This document shows positions 47,623 to 57,036 of a stretch of DNA of 64,000 nt, piece after piece. Positions within the stretch are counted from its first letter, which is position 1; each line of letters opens with the position of its first letter. The notes below the pieces were generated by a model that searched no databases, was not told the DNA's origin, and saw only the letters and a list, made by a program, of their open reading frames with translations. The translations under genes were made by a program, and so were the position numbers. The DNA comes from Bacteriovoracia bacterium (GTDB taxonomy: Bacteria; Bdellovibrionota; UBA1018; CAIPTA01), in the NCBI GenBank assembly GCA_050246755.1, contig JBFWVL010000002.1:64001-128000 (forward strand), written 5' to 3'.

Positions 47623-47934
47623 ATGGAAAACAGCGATCAGCCAGGCCAAACCCACCAGCACGCCCCGAAGCAGCCCGAGAACTCCTTTCGTATCGTTCTC
47701 ACGGTGAATAAGCGCATGCCGAGGCTCGATGTGCTGTTGCTGGAAGCCATCCGCGCCCAGGATAAAAACGAAGAGCTGAAGCGGATTTCCCGCACCGTTT
47801 TCAAGGGATTGTTTAACGACAAAAAGATCTTGATCAAAGGCCAGGCCGCGAAGCCTTCTTCTTCCCTCGCCACTGGCACCACCTACGTGGATATTTTGGG
47901 ATATTCCGAAGAAGGCTCGGTAAGTGATATTTAG
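47623..47934 (+). CDS. Small hypothetical protein, S4-like RNA-binding resemblance
   Basis: RLDVLL...ISRT..K.L....ILIKGQAAKPS resembles an S4 pattern. Confidence 0.65.
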   Translation: MENSDQPGQTHQHAPKQPENSFRIVLTVNKRMPRLDVLLLEAIRAQDKNEELKRISRTVFKGLFNDKKILIKGQAAKPSSSLATGTTYVDILGYSEEGSVSDI

Positions 47935-48013
47935 TTTTCCGGCCCATCACTAAGCCAGAGCCTTTCGGAGTGCGGTACTAGTTGGACGAGCAGTGTTATA
48001 TGGTCGCTTCAAC

Positions 48014-48943
48014 CTATCGGCGACCTAGGAAAACAGAAGTCGAAAAAAAGAGAACGAAAAATGCAAGACCGGCGGAAAAGCCGAAAATATGAAGGGCCGC
48101 GGCTCCGGTCTCATATTTCGGTTCAGTGAAAAGCGTGAGGGCTTCGTGTCCCGTCATGTACAGTGCGAGGCCGATTGGAAGGCCATTAAATATCCATGTA
48201 GAGAGAGTTCTCCAGCGCCCCTGCGATAAAACCCATGCTACATACCAGCCTGCCAAGCCAGAAATCGCTTGGGAGGCACCAATGGTAATCGATAGATCAT
48301 GGTGAAAATGAGATACAAAAAGTAAACTCGCAAGGATTCCGCTGCCTAGGTAGATACAAAGCCACTGTGTACGAGATGTCCGGCGCTCCACTAAAGCGCC
48401 AAATATCAATAGCATCAAGACATTAAGTCCGATGTGAAATGGAAATCCATGAAGCCATAGGACTTTTACGGAGGCAAACAGGCCCCATTTTTTTCCGAGG
48501 AGAATATTTTCGGACTGAGCAAGCTGGTTGAGCCCCTCTTTCTCCGCGTTCCACCCGGACGTAAATTCACCATATCCTGGCAGTTTGGAGAGTTGCATTT
48601 CGTGTTGAAAAAAAGCTTCCGTTAAATGTGTCGCGCGTTCATTGATTCCATCAGGATATCGTCTTCCGAGAATGTATATGGCCGCCGCCTTTACGTCTGA
48701 CTCACATGTTTCGGCTTGGGCAAATTTGAAATCGCAATACTCCATTAAAATCTTAGCAATGTGATAACCCGCCTCATGCTGATAATTAATGCGCTTAATC
48801 TCTGATTGAAAGTTTGTGGGATCAAAGGTCGAAAAGAAATAGGCCAGAATGAGCGAGGCCGCCATCGCGAAGGTGAAAATCGGAAGGCCACTGGGTTGGA
48901 CCTTGATTCCGAACACCCATGGCAAAGAATATTTTTTCAGCAT
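48014..48943 (-). CDS. Rhomboid-family intramembrane serine protease
   Basis: LHG..FHIGLN, GALVE, IGASQAISG, LHIFGF..G. Confidence 0.85.
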   Translation of the reverse strand: MLKKYSLPWVFGIKVQPSGLPIFTFAMAASLILAYFFSTFDPTNFQSEIKRINYQHEAGYHIAKILMEYCDFKFAQAETCESDVKAAAIYILGRRYPDGINERATHLTEAFFQHEMQLSKLPGYGEFTSGWNAEKEGLNQLAQSENILLGKKWGLFASVKVLWLHGFPFHIGLNVLMLLIFGALVERRTSRTQWLCIYLGSGILASLLFVSHFHHDLSITIGASQAISGLAGWYVAWVLSQGRWRTLSTWIFNGLPIGLALYMTGHEALTLFTEPKYETGAAALHIFGFSAGLAFFVLFFSTSVFLGRR

Positions 48944-49099
48944 GGAGAGTCACTATCATCGTCCGAATGGGTGGTCCATAATGGAATTATTTCAAATCAA
49001 AGCAACGGATACAAACTCGCTACCCTCTAGGTTGGCAAGGCTATGATGAGCGGCAGATCATTCACTTGAGGCGACTCAAGTGGGTAGGTGAAGTGAGCT

Positions 49100-49510
49100 T
49101 TACTTACAAACCGCCTCAGCCAATTTAAACGCCCGGGCCACCATCGGGTCTTCGCCCTCTTCGGCGTTTCTGTTGGCCATCATGGTCTTGGATTTTTTCA
49201 CGTAGACTGAGCAATTCTTCGCCTGGAAATTCTTTTTGGTCGGAAAATCGTTGAGCGTATCTAAAAAAAGGCTCATGGAAAGCTCATCGGGTTCGGGCTG
49301 CCGCGGATTGCTTTTGCGCAGCTTCACCAGCGAATCGTGGGTGGCTAGAAAAAGATCGTAGCGCTTCGCGATGTTTTTTTCTTTCGCGAGATTCGTTTCG
49401 AGCGCGGTGATTTGCTGCTCGAATTGCGTGATCAAGGGCGCCTTTTCCGCGGCATGCGCGGAAAAAGACGCAATGAGTGCTAAAGCTCCAAGAATTTTTG
49501 CTGGGTGCAC
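49100..49510 (-). CDS. Exported hypothetical protein
   Basis: GTG start with AGGAG upstream, signal peptide ending SAHA; overlaps the end of the upstream SLT gene. Confidence 0.7.
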   Translation of the reverse strand: MHPAKILGALALIASFSAHAAEKAPLITQFEQQITALETNLAKEKNIAKRYDLFLATHDSLVKLRKSNPRQPEPDELSMSLFLDTLNDFPTKKNFQAKNCSVYVKKSKTMMANRNAEEGEDPMVARAFKLAEAVCK

Positions 49511-50916
49511 GTGCCCGCTCCTAATGCTTTGTCGAGCCGCGTGGCTTGCACCTTCACGGCCGAGATATAGATGCTGTTCTGGTACACGTAGAAATACTCG
49601 GGGAGGGTGAGGGGGCGGCCGACCGCGCCCACGTGAGCGGTACGCCGTTTGGCGCGCTCGAGAGAAATTTCGCGGCGGGTGCGGGCTTCGTCCCAATTTT
49701 TCGTGGCGGCCAGCGCACGCACGTCGTTTTCCGCATCTTTCTGAATGGCCGAAAATCCTTTCGGCGGCCAAAAATTAAAATCGAAATCTTTGGCTGAGAT
49801 TTTTCCGTTCTTGAGGGAAGCGCGGTAGCGCAGCCATTCCTTGAAGCCCGTCACGGGAGGGCGGGGCCCGGAATTGTATCCCATCACGAATAGCATCTCG
49901 CGGAGCTTGGCATTGTCGAGCTTGGCGCCGGATTTTCGGAGGAGCTCGTCCACGCCCTCGTAGCCGGGCTGTTTCGAGTCACCCTCATTCCAGGCATTGT
50001 TGGAGTAGCGCTTGGCGGATTGGTAGAAAATTCCGTAGTAGAGCAAGCTGCGCACGGGGTTGGGTGGCATGGCGATGGCGTGGCAGCGCTCGGCGTCGGA
50101 AGTTTTGATATCGGCGGCGGTGTTCACGAGCGCGCCCGGCACGGAGCGGAGCCGCTTGCAGGAGGCCTTATTGCTGGCGAGAATTTGGTTCTTAAACTCC
50201 GAATAGTTATTGGCCACGTCTTTGAGCGCGGATTCGGTGAACTGGCCGATCCCGCCGTCGTTCACGGGGCCGAGCACGTTATTATTGAGGCCGCTTTCGT
50301 TGGCGAATTTGGGTACGGTGAAGCTCATCGGGAGATCGAGGCATTCCGAAACGTCGGCTAGGGAATTATACACTAAGTTGAAATAATCCTCGGTGATGCA
50401 GGGCTTTTGGCGGATGCGCACGGGCTCGCCGTTGCTGCTCTTGCACGAAGCGAACTGGCTGGGGTCGGGCGTATAGTTTTTGTCGGCAATTTCCTGCGCG
50501 GTCATTTTTCCGGCGGCGATGTCTTCCTGCTTTTTTTGCTCGGGAGTGCGAGCTACGTCGCGGAAAGAAGTGCGCATCACGTAGAGCACGCATTTGGGCG
50601 GGATCAGATTTTTTCCGCCGGCGTAGGGGCGGGTATTGAGGAAGGCGCCTTTAGGATCGATTTTCCGAAACGCGAGGAGCGAGCCCTGGAGGTAATTGCG
50701 GTCGGGGCCGCAGCTGTCGGTGGTCTCGAAGGTAACTTCGTTGTCGGAGCCCTTGATCGAGCAATCGCAGGACATATCCATGTTTTTATAGCTGCCGCGG
50801 TTGAGGGTGGTATTGGCGTTCAGGAGCGGGCGGAGCATATCGGCGGTAGCCTTGGAATTGCTCGCGGCGTGCGCGTTCGGTAAGCAGAGAAGCAGTAGTA
50901 ATAGAATCTTCATCAT
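49480..50916 (-). CDS. Exported Cys-rich SLT/lysozyme-like protein
   Basis: Signal peptide ending AHA; NESG...GGIGQFT and GYNSGP lysozyme-like motifs. Confidence 0.8.
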   Translation of the reverse strand: MMKILLLLLLCLPNAHAASNSKATADMLRPLLNANTTLNRGSYKNMDMSCDCSIKGSDNEVTFETTDSCGPDRNYLQGSLLAFRKIDPKGAFLNTRPYAGGKNLIPPKCVLYVMRTSFRDVARTPEQKKQEDIAAGKMTAQEIADKNYTPDPSQFASCKSSNGEPVRIRQKPCITEDYFNLVYNSLADVSECLDLPMSFTVPKFANESGLNNNVLGPVNDGGIGQFTESALKDVANNYSEFKNQILASNKASCKRLRSVPGALVNTAADIKTSDAERCHAIAMPPNPVRSLLYYGIFYQSAKRYSNNAWNEGDSKQPGYEGVDELLRKSGAKLDNAKLREMLFVMGYNSGPRPPVTGFKEWLRYRASLKNGKISAKDFDFNFWPPKGFSAIQKDAENDVRALAATKNWDEARTRREISLERAKRRTAHVGAVGRPLTLPEYFYVYQNSIYISAVKVQATRLDKALGAGTCTQQKFLEL

Positions 50917-51031
50917 TCCTCCAATCCGTTCCCATTAGTATTGTAGGGGGAATTCCGGAGGAACTAAACCTTAACTGCGAAGGCGGCCAAGAAAATTAAC
51001 GCATTACGTCGGTTGGTGCGCTGGAGTGTTT

Positions 51032-51745
51032 TTAGCGATTCGGAGCTTGCCCGCGATTCATGAGCAGTGCCCGAGTGAGCATGATATGCCCGGCGATCGC
51101 TCCGCCCACGCATACCGGAATGATCCAGGCAAAGGGCAGGTAAAAAGCCAGCAGGAGCGGAGGATTTACTTGCCAGGCGAAGGGCAGGGGGGAAGAGAGA
51201 ATCGCCACGCGGAGCACGTTCCCGAGTAAGACGATCCCCACCGCATTAAATAGCCAGGCCGCCGGGCGAAAATGGCTCACCAAAGGGGCTAGCAAGACGG
51301 CGAGGATTCCACTCGCAATATCGAAGTTGGAGCCCTCCCAGCTCATGGTGGCGGGAATGGTGCCTTCCTGAACCCAGGAGTGCAGCACGAGCTCGAGGGG
51401 GAGGCGAAATGCGTGGAATCCCACCAGTAAAGGTAGGGGCACGGCGCCGGCGATTACCCCGCCGAGCGGGGAAAGTGCGAAACCGGCGGCGATTGCGAGA
51501 TTTCCTAGCAAAAAAATCGGGAGGGCGGGCATCGGGTTGTTTTCGAGCCAGCCCGAGGCCACCACGGCGGAGTCGGCCGTGAGTAGAAAAGCGAGCCCAG
51601 CGGCCACCAAAAGGGTGCGGGGAATCGCGGGATCAGCTTCGCGGCGATTGGCGAAATAAACGCTCAAGATCACCATCAGGAGCACGGCGAGCACGATCAC
51701 TAAGAATGCGATTTCCGAGGCGATCGAGGGCGGAAAAAAGTCCAT
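51032..51745 (-). CDS. Membrane protein, unknown function
   Basis: About 7 TM segments; GFHAFRLPLE, GSNFDIASG. Confidence 0.8.
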   Translation of the reverse strand: MDFFPPSIASEIAFLVIVLAVLLMVILSVYFANRREADPAIPRTLLVAAGLAFLLTADSAVVASGWLENNPMPALPIFLLGNLAIAAGFALSPLGGVIAGAVPLPLLVGFHAFRLPLELVLHSWVQEGTIPATMSWEGSNFDIASGILAVLLAPLVSHFRPAAWLFNAVGIVLLGNVLRVAILSSPLPFAWQVNPPLLLAFYLPFAWIIPVCVGGAIAGHIMLTRALLMNRGQAPNR

Positions 51746-51806
51746 AGATTAAATTTATAGGAGATCGGCGGTAAAAACAAAAAAATAGGATACCGCGTAA
51801 GAACGC

Positions 51807-52172
51807 TCAGCTCGGCTCTTCCTCGAAAACTTCTTCGGCGGCCCCGGGCTGGTGGCTGCGTACCTGCTCGAGCAGGCTGATGAATCCTTGGGGAGGAAGC
51901 ATTCCGGCTTGTTCGAAGATCAGCTCTCCCCCCTTGAAGGCCATAATGGTGGGAATCGAGCGTACCTGAAATGCCTGCGCGAGCTCCACGGCTTGTTCCG
52001 TATTCACTTTGCCGAAGTAAATATCAGGGTTGTGAATCGCCAGTTCTTCGAAAACCGGCGCCAAGGTTTTGCAAGGCCCACACCACTCAGCCCAAAAATC
52101 CAGGACCACCATCGGGTTTCCTTCGATCACGGCGTCGAAATTTTCCATCGTCACGGGATGCGTGCTGCTCAC
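51807..52172 (-). CDS. trxA: Thioredoxin
   Basis: [15 protein letters not shown]. Confidence 0.9.
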   Translation of the reverse strand: MSSTHPVTMENFDAVIEGNPMVVLDFWAEWCGPCKTLAPVFEELAIHNPDIYFGKVNTEQAVELAQAFQVRSIPTIMAFKGGELIFEQAGMLPPQGFISLLEQVRSHQPGAAEEVFEEEPS

Positions 52173-52175
52173 GAG

Positions 52176-53216
52176 TTACTCCTTTTCGCCTCGCGGCTCC
52201 GCCAGAGCCCGTTGCTCGAGCGCGTCGGCCGAAGCCACCGGCTCCAGCGATTTGTTCTTGGTGCTGGCGTAATAAATTTTTCCCGGAGCGAAACGAGCCT
52301 CCTCTTTCGCCACTCCGTTCAGGAGCTCGGCCGCAAAGCGCCCGCAGCTGTCGGGGATCGCGTGCCAGGAAGGGCTGAAGTAAACGAGGCTCGCGCGTGA
52401 TTTGCCAAAAGCTTTCCAAGCCAGAAATTGGTCTTTGAGGGCGGGGGCTTCTTCTTCAGAAGCTAAAAATAGATGCACGCGGCCTTCCAGGCCCGGAAAG
52501 GTATAGGCACGAAGATCGAAGTCCCGGGTCGCCCTTACTTGGTGAAAAACCGATTCCTTATAATCTTCGGATACGTCTTTCATCTCGTCTGGAATTTTTT
52601 CCGGCACTAGGCGCTTGCCCATATAGGAGCGGTAGATCCAGTTATAGTAATAATCATACACGTAAGGACCGAAAAGCGGCCCCCAGCTGAGGCGCAGGGC
52701 TTGTAGGTTCCAGTGAATCCAGGCGCCGCCGGCATCGTAGCGATCGAGCGGGATCACGAGGGGGGCCAGGAAAACCAGCTGCTCCACTTTTTTCGGGTAC
52801 AGGCGCGCGAATTCGGCGGCGATGGAGGAACCATAGGATAAGCCCACCACGATGCCTTTCTCGATTTTTAGCGCGTCCATGAGCTGAGAGAGCTCAAGGG
52901 CGAATGTTTCTCCGCTGAGGCCGCTAGTGAAAAAAGCCGGACGTCCGTTCTTCAGTTCTTGGCGAAGGGTGGCGAGCTGGCCGCGAAAGTAATAACGAAG
53001 CACGCCGTACCCGGATTTTTGCAGAGGCCGGGAGAGTTTTTCCCAGCGATCGAGCTGGTATACGAGTCCGTTCACCAGCACGAAAGTAGGTTTTCCCGCC
53101 TCGGCCTTTTGGTAATCGAAATAGAGCTCGTGGCCGGCCGGAATTTTTATGAATCCGGATTCAGCGTGGGCACCCAGAGAAAGGAAGAGCGAAAGTAGAA
53201 TAGTCAGCATGCGCAA
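52176..53216 (-). CDS. Exported alpha/beta hydrolase
   Basis: Signal peptide ending AHA; LVNGL, RGQ, GLSYG, C-terminal His (SWHAIP). Confidence 0.85.
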   Translation of the reverse strand: MRMLTILLSLFLSLGAHAESGFIKIPAGHELYFDYQKAEAGKPTFVLVNGLVYQLDRWEKLSRPLQKSGYGVLRYYFRGQLATLRQELKNGRPAFFTSGLSGETFALELSQLMDALKIEKGIVVGLSYGSSIAAEFARLYPKKVEQLVFLAPLVIPLDRYDAGGAWIHWNLQALRLSWGPLFGPYVYDYYYNWIYRSYMGKRLVPEKIPDEMKDVSEDYKESVFHQVRATRDFDLRAYTFPGLEGRVHLFLASEEEAPALKDQFLAWKAFGKSRASLVYFSPSWHAIPDSCGRFAAELLNGVAKEEARFAPGKIYYASTKNKSLEPVASADALEQRALAEPRGEKE

Positions 53217-53255
53217 AGGTAGACCATAAATTTCCGTCCCTAGGCAAGGAGGAAA

Positions 53256-54011
53256 CTACTGATTGAACTGGAGCAGCGCCCGCTCGCCAGCCACTTTTCC
53301 CTTAAGAGAGCCAAGCCGCGCCGTTTTCGTGCGGAGGAAGCGTTCCACCAGGGCGGAACCTTCGAGAAAAGGGTATTCGCGCAGCGTTTTCGCCATCTTT
53401 CCGGCCGCCATCGCCATTCCAAAACCTACCGACTGGTACGTAACGGAGCGTTTTTCATCCACGGGCGCGCTGAGGCGCATCGCGGGAACGGCCAGGCGTA
53501 CTAGACTTCCCACGGGGGAGTATTCTCCCACATCAGTAAGATTCGCATTCAGGGAGGTCACAAATAAAATATTTTTTGCGCGGCAGGGGCCATTCATATC
53601 CCGCGGGTCATTGGGGTTAAGCATGGCGGCGGAAAACAGATAGGCGGTATGGGGGTTCGAGGCGGCCCGCTCGCAGGCGGCCGCGGGGCTTCCACCGCCC
53701 ACCGTAGCCAGCACGATCGCCGAATTTTTGGCAACGTCGAGAGAAACGGCAAAGTCCACCTTCGTAGCGTTGCCGCGTTCGTTCAAGATCTGGATCGCCT
53801 GCGCCGTTTCGGTACCGTTTCGTTCCGCGAAATAAAAGAGCCCGGTGGTGTAGTCGGTTTCATTCGCTCCCGGCACCATACCCACGAATTTCTTCAGGAT
53901 TTTCGCCACGAAGGGGAGGTTTGCGTTCGGCGTGCCCGCAATGGTAGCCAGCTCGTAGGTGGCGGCTTGGGCGGAGTTCGCAAGAAAAAGAGCAAATAGG
54001 AAAAACTTCAT
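53256..54011 (-). CDS. Exported degenerate subtilase (S8)-like protein
   Basis: Signal peptide; C-terminal half follows the S8 pattern (NILFVTSL...EYSPVG..VRLAVPA) but lacks GTSMA. Confidence 0.6.
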   Translation of the reverse strand: MKFFLFALFLANSAQAATYELATIAGTPNANLPFVAKILKKFVGMVPGANETDYTTGLFYFAERNGTETAQAIQILNERGNATKVDFAVSLDVAKNSAIVLATVGGGSPAAACERAASNPHTAYLFSAAMLNPNDPRDMNGPCRAKNILFVTSLNANLTDVGEYSPVGSLVRLAVPAMRLSAPVDEKRSVTYQSVGFGMAMAAGKMAKTLREYPFLEGSALVERFLRTKTARLGSLKGKVAGERALLQFNQ

Positions 54012-54202
54012 TTGGGCATCCTCGGTTGGAATGAGCTCGCTTCAGAGTGTCCGTAAGTGAGGATAAACACTAGAGGCGTAAGGATTTGTTGGAAATTTCT
54101 TGGACTCCGCCGCCCGGCATTGTACTCCACCTGACGCGGCAAATTGTCGAGGCGCCAAAGAGGGGCGAGCTGCCTATACTATAGGTAGGTGGTGAGGTTT
54201 TT

Positions 54203-54550
54203 ATGCAAAGCGTATTAGTAGTTGAAGACGATATGGACATTCGTTCCGCCCTCCAGGGATTCCTGACGGACGAAGGTTATAACGTGATCACGGCGGAAAA
54301 TGGCAAGGCCGGCCTTCAACTCATGGAAAAAGAGAAGCCGGGCCTCGTGCTCTTGGATCTAATGATGCCGGTGATGAACGGCTGGGAGTTTCTGGAGGAG
54401 AAAAGCCATAGCGAAGCCAACGCGAAAGTGCCCGTTTTGGTGATCTCGGCCGTGCCCGGAAATCCTAGTATCCCAGGTGCGTTGGGCTTCCTAAAAAAGC
54501 CCATCGATCTTGACCGCCTCATTGATTTCGTAGAACTCTACTGTCAGTAG
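54203..54550 (+). CDS. Single-domain response regulator
   Basis: LVVEDD, LLDLMMPVMNG, KKP. Confidence 0.93.
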   Translation: MQSVLVVEDDMDIRSALQGFLTDEGYNVITAENGKAGLQLMEKEKPGLVLLDLMMPVMNGWEFLEEKSHSEANAKVPVLVISAVPGNPSIPGALGFLKKPIDLDRLIDFVELYCQ

Positions 54551-54660
54551 GCTAAATTCCTTATAAAAATCAAATAAATGCCCTATGTTCAATATTTTGT
54601 TATAAAGTTGACAATATAAGTCGGGATAGCTATTATCCGAAAAATTCGGAGCTTTTCCCC

Positions 54661-55431
54661 ATGTCACGATTTCGAATCGGCAAAATATTTCTCCTGATCG
54701 GCTCGAGCTTCGCTCTCGTGGCCGGAATTACCGTACAGGCAGCCGAGACCCTCGACTGTGACCTCCAGCGCCTCGCCGGAGAGTCCTTAAAAATCTCGAG
54801 TCCCATCAGTGATCGCCAAGCCCTCGTGCAAGACGCCAAGAATGCACTCCAAGTTCGCGTCGACGCTTCGCTCGCCCCGAGTAGTTTTATTTTCGTGGCC
54901 CAAGACGACGCCAAGCAACAGCGTATTTCTTTTACCGGCGCGCCTACTTCTCTTAGCTGGGACGGAGCAAAGATGTTGCTGAGTAGCGGCACCGAGTTCA
55001 GCTGCCGTACGAAATCCACTGAGTCCGCTAAGGCCCTTCCAGTGGTGAAGAAAAATCCCGCTCCTTATCTAGTCTGTTTGCTCGATGAAGCTACCTTCGA
55101 AGAAGGAAAAATAACGAAAACCGAGCGCTTGCTGGAAACGGTGAGCTCATCCTTCACCTTTCGCAGGCCTCTTAAAATCAGCGCCGAAAACGAAAAGGTG
55201 GCCTTCACCTTGAGTGCGTACGAATTCGATCCCATCGATGGCCTCGACCTTAAGATAATGGACAAAGCAAACGGGGAAACCGCCCGTTTCATAGGCCCAC
55301 CGCGCAGCCTTACCACCTCGATCATGTTCGGGTTCACGCAAGGAGACCGTGAAAAAGGGGACGCAAAGTTCCTGCGACTCGGCTGCGTATATACGGCCGA
55401 CCCTAAATTATTCCTCGAAAAGACCAAGTGA
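54661..55431 (+). CDS. Exported hypothetical protein
   Basis: N-terminal signal peptide; translationally coupled to arfB. Confidence 0.75.
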   Translation: MSRFRIGKIFLLIGSSFALVAGITVQAAETLDCDLQRLAGESLKISSPISDRQALVQDAKNALQVRVDASLAPSSFIFVAQDDAKQQRISFTGAPTSLSWDGAKMLLSSGTEFSCRTKSTESAKALPVVKKNPAPYLVCLLDEATFEEGKITKTERLLETVSSSFTFRRPLKISAENEKVAFTLSAYEFDPIDGLDLKIMDKANGETARFIGPPRSLTTSIMFGFTQGDREKGDAKFLRLGCVYTADPKLFLEKTK

Positions 55432-55850
55432 TTTTCGTTACTCCCGAAATTCAGATCCTAGACTCTGAGCTGGACTTTTCCTTTACGCGTTCCTCGGGGC
55501 CTGGCGGGCAAAACGTAAACAAGGTAAACAGCAAAGCCGTTTTGCGCTGGAGTTTCACTTCTTCCGCGATTCCCTATGGCGTGAAACTCCGTTTCCAGGC
55601 CGCCCACGGAAATCGCTTAACGAAGGAAGGGGATTTTCTCGTAACCAGCGACCGTTTCCGTGATCAAGGGCGGAATTTGGCGGATTGCCAGGAAAAATTG
55701 AGGGAACTCCTGCTGGCGGTGGCGCTGCCGCCCAAGCCCCGAAAAAAAACAAAGCCGACGCGCTCGAGTCAAGAGCGTCGGCATACGACGAAACGAAAAC
55801 AGGGCGAGAAAAAGCGTAATCGCAGCTCTCGTGGATCCTGGGGCGATTAA
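55428..55850 (+). CDS. arfB: Alternative ribosome rescue factor ArfB
   Basis: RSSGPGGQNVNKV, R.Q..N and a basic tail. Confidence 0.95.
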   Translation: MIFVTPEIQILDSELDFSFTRSSGPGGQNVNKVNSKAVLRWSFTSSAIPYGVKLRFQAAHGNRLTKEGDFLVTSDRFRDQGRNLADCQEKLRELLLAVALPPKPRKKTKPTRSSQERRHTTKRKQGEKKRNRSSRGSWGD

Positions 55851-56101
55851 TCTTCGCCTTTTACTTTTAGGGCTCCGGAGTTTTCTTCGATGAAGCCTTT
55901 GATCTCCTCGGAAAATCCGAGAAGCTTTAGCCACTGCTCTTTGTAAAGGGTCACGGGAAAACGTCCCATACCATAGAGAGAAACCGCGCCTTTTTGGCTT
56001 ACTTTCAGCGAGAGTGCTCCGCCGCGCTTTTTGCTTGCCTTTAATTCTTCATTTTCGCGCTTGAGGCGTTCGAGTTCGGCCTTGAGATCAGCATCAGACA
56101 T
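55847..56101 (-). CDS. Conserved small hypothetical protein
   Basis: Coiled coil followed by SLKVSQKGAVSLYGMGRFPVTLYKEQW; SD AGGAG. Confidence 0.85.
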   Translation of the reverse strand: MSDADLKAELERLKRENEELKASKKRGGALSLKVSQKGAVSLYGMGRFPVTLYKEQWLKLLGFSEEIKGFIEENSGALKVKGED

Positions 56102-56170
56102 TATATTAGCTCCTATGAAAAGGTGATTTGAGAGGAGCCTAGCGCAGATTCTTTTCTTACGCGAGTGCCT

Positions 56171-56473
56171 TTACTTTCGGGCGCTTTTCAACGCTTTTTT
56201 GCAGTCAGTCTTACTCATCGATTTCGCGCACTCCGCCATCGCGTTCGTGGCGCAGAGCTGCTTATCGTTATTATTGGCCGCGAGGCAGCTCTTCATCACT
56301 TTCGAGACGTTGAACTTATTTTCCTGCTTTTCGAGCTTCACGTCGGTGTGATTATTTTGGATAATCGTGTCCGTTTTCGCGGCGGGATCTTTGGCCGACG
56401 GCAGATCGTCGGCGAATACGGCGGAGGAAATACCGAGAAAAAAACTGGCGGCGAGAATTTGGGATCGTTTCAT
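56171..56473 (-). CDS. Small exported Cys-containing protein
   Basis: SD AGGAG, signal peptide ending VFA, four Cys. Confidence 0.75.
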   Translation of the reverse strand: MKRSQILAASFFLGISSAVFADDLPSAKDPAAKTDTIIQNNHTDVKLEKQENKFNVSKVMKSCLAANNNDKQLCATNAMAECAKSMSKTDCKKALKSARK

Positions 56474-56549
56474 GAGGCTCCTAATTTTGTCTGCGTTGGC
56501 AGGCAAAAAAATGCCCGGCTTTGCATTAGGCTCAGCCGGGCCGATTATT

Positions 56550-56936
56550 TTAGAACTCGTCTTCGCTCGTATCGGAAGCGGAAGTCCGGTTCCAGCCGTC
56601 CGGGCGGGCGCTGGGGCCTTCGTCGTTATCCATTACCACATGACTTTGCGGGGTGGCCGTACCATGGAGGTACGCAATGGCACTATTGCCCGGCGCATTG
56701 GCCATGCTGCCGAGAATCATGCCCGAAGGCGTGTGGTCCCGGAGCCAAATGCGGCGCTGTTCGGCGGCGGAGCGCTGAGGCCGAGCCTTCGCTTTGGTCA
56801 CCTTAGTGGTGGGAGTATAGTACACGTTCTCTCCCGTGGTGCTGTTGGAGGGTACGCAGGCCGCATCGTCTTTGTGGGCGAGCGCTGGTAACGAGAGTGC
56901 GGAACAGAGAGTCATAACGAAAATAGCCTTGTTCAT
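56550..56936 (-). CDS. Small exported hypothetical protein
   Basis: SD AAGGAG; signal peptide ending ALA. Confidence 0.75.
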   Translation of the reverse strand: MNKAIFVMTLCSALSLPALAHKDDAACVPSNSTTGENVYYTPTTKVTKAKARPQRSAAEQRRIWLRDHTPSGMILGSMANAPGNSAIAYLHGTATPQSHVVMDNDEGPSARPDGWNRTSASDTSEDEF

Positions 56937-56973
56937 ATTTTCTCCTTTCACGAGAAAGTTTCACGAAGGAAAG

Positions 56974-56989
56974 TGCAAGGCGAGGGCCA
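56974..56989 (-). promoter_or_regulatory. Putative sigma54 promoter
   Basis: Minus strand TGGCCCTCGCCTTGCA. Confidence 0.65.
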
Positions 56990-57036
56990 GTTATGCCAAC
57001 TGTGGCAAAGTGGCGGCGGTTGGCTTTATTTTTTTC

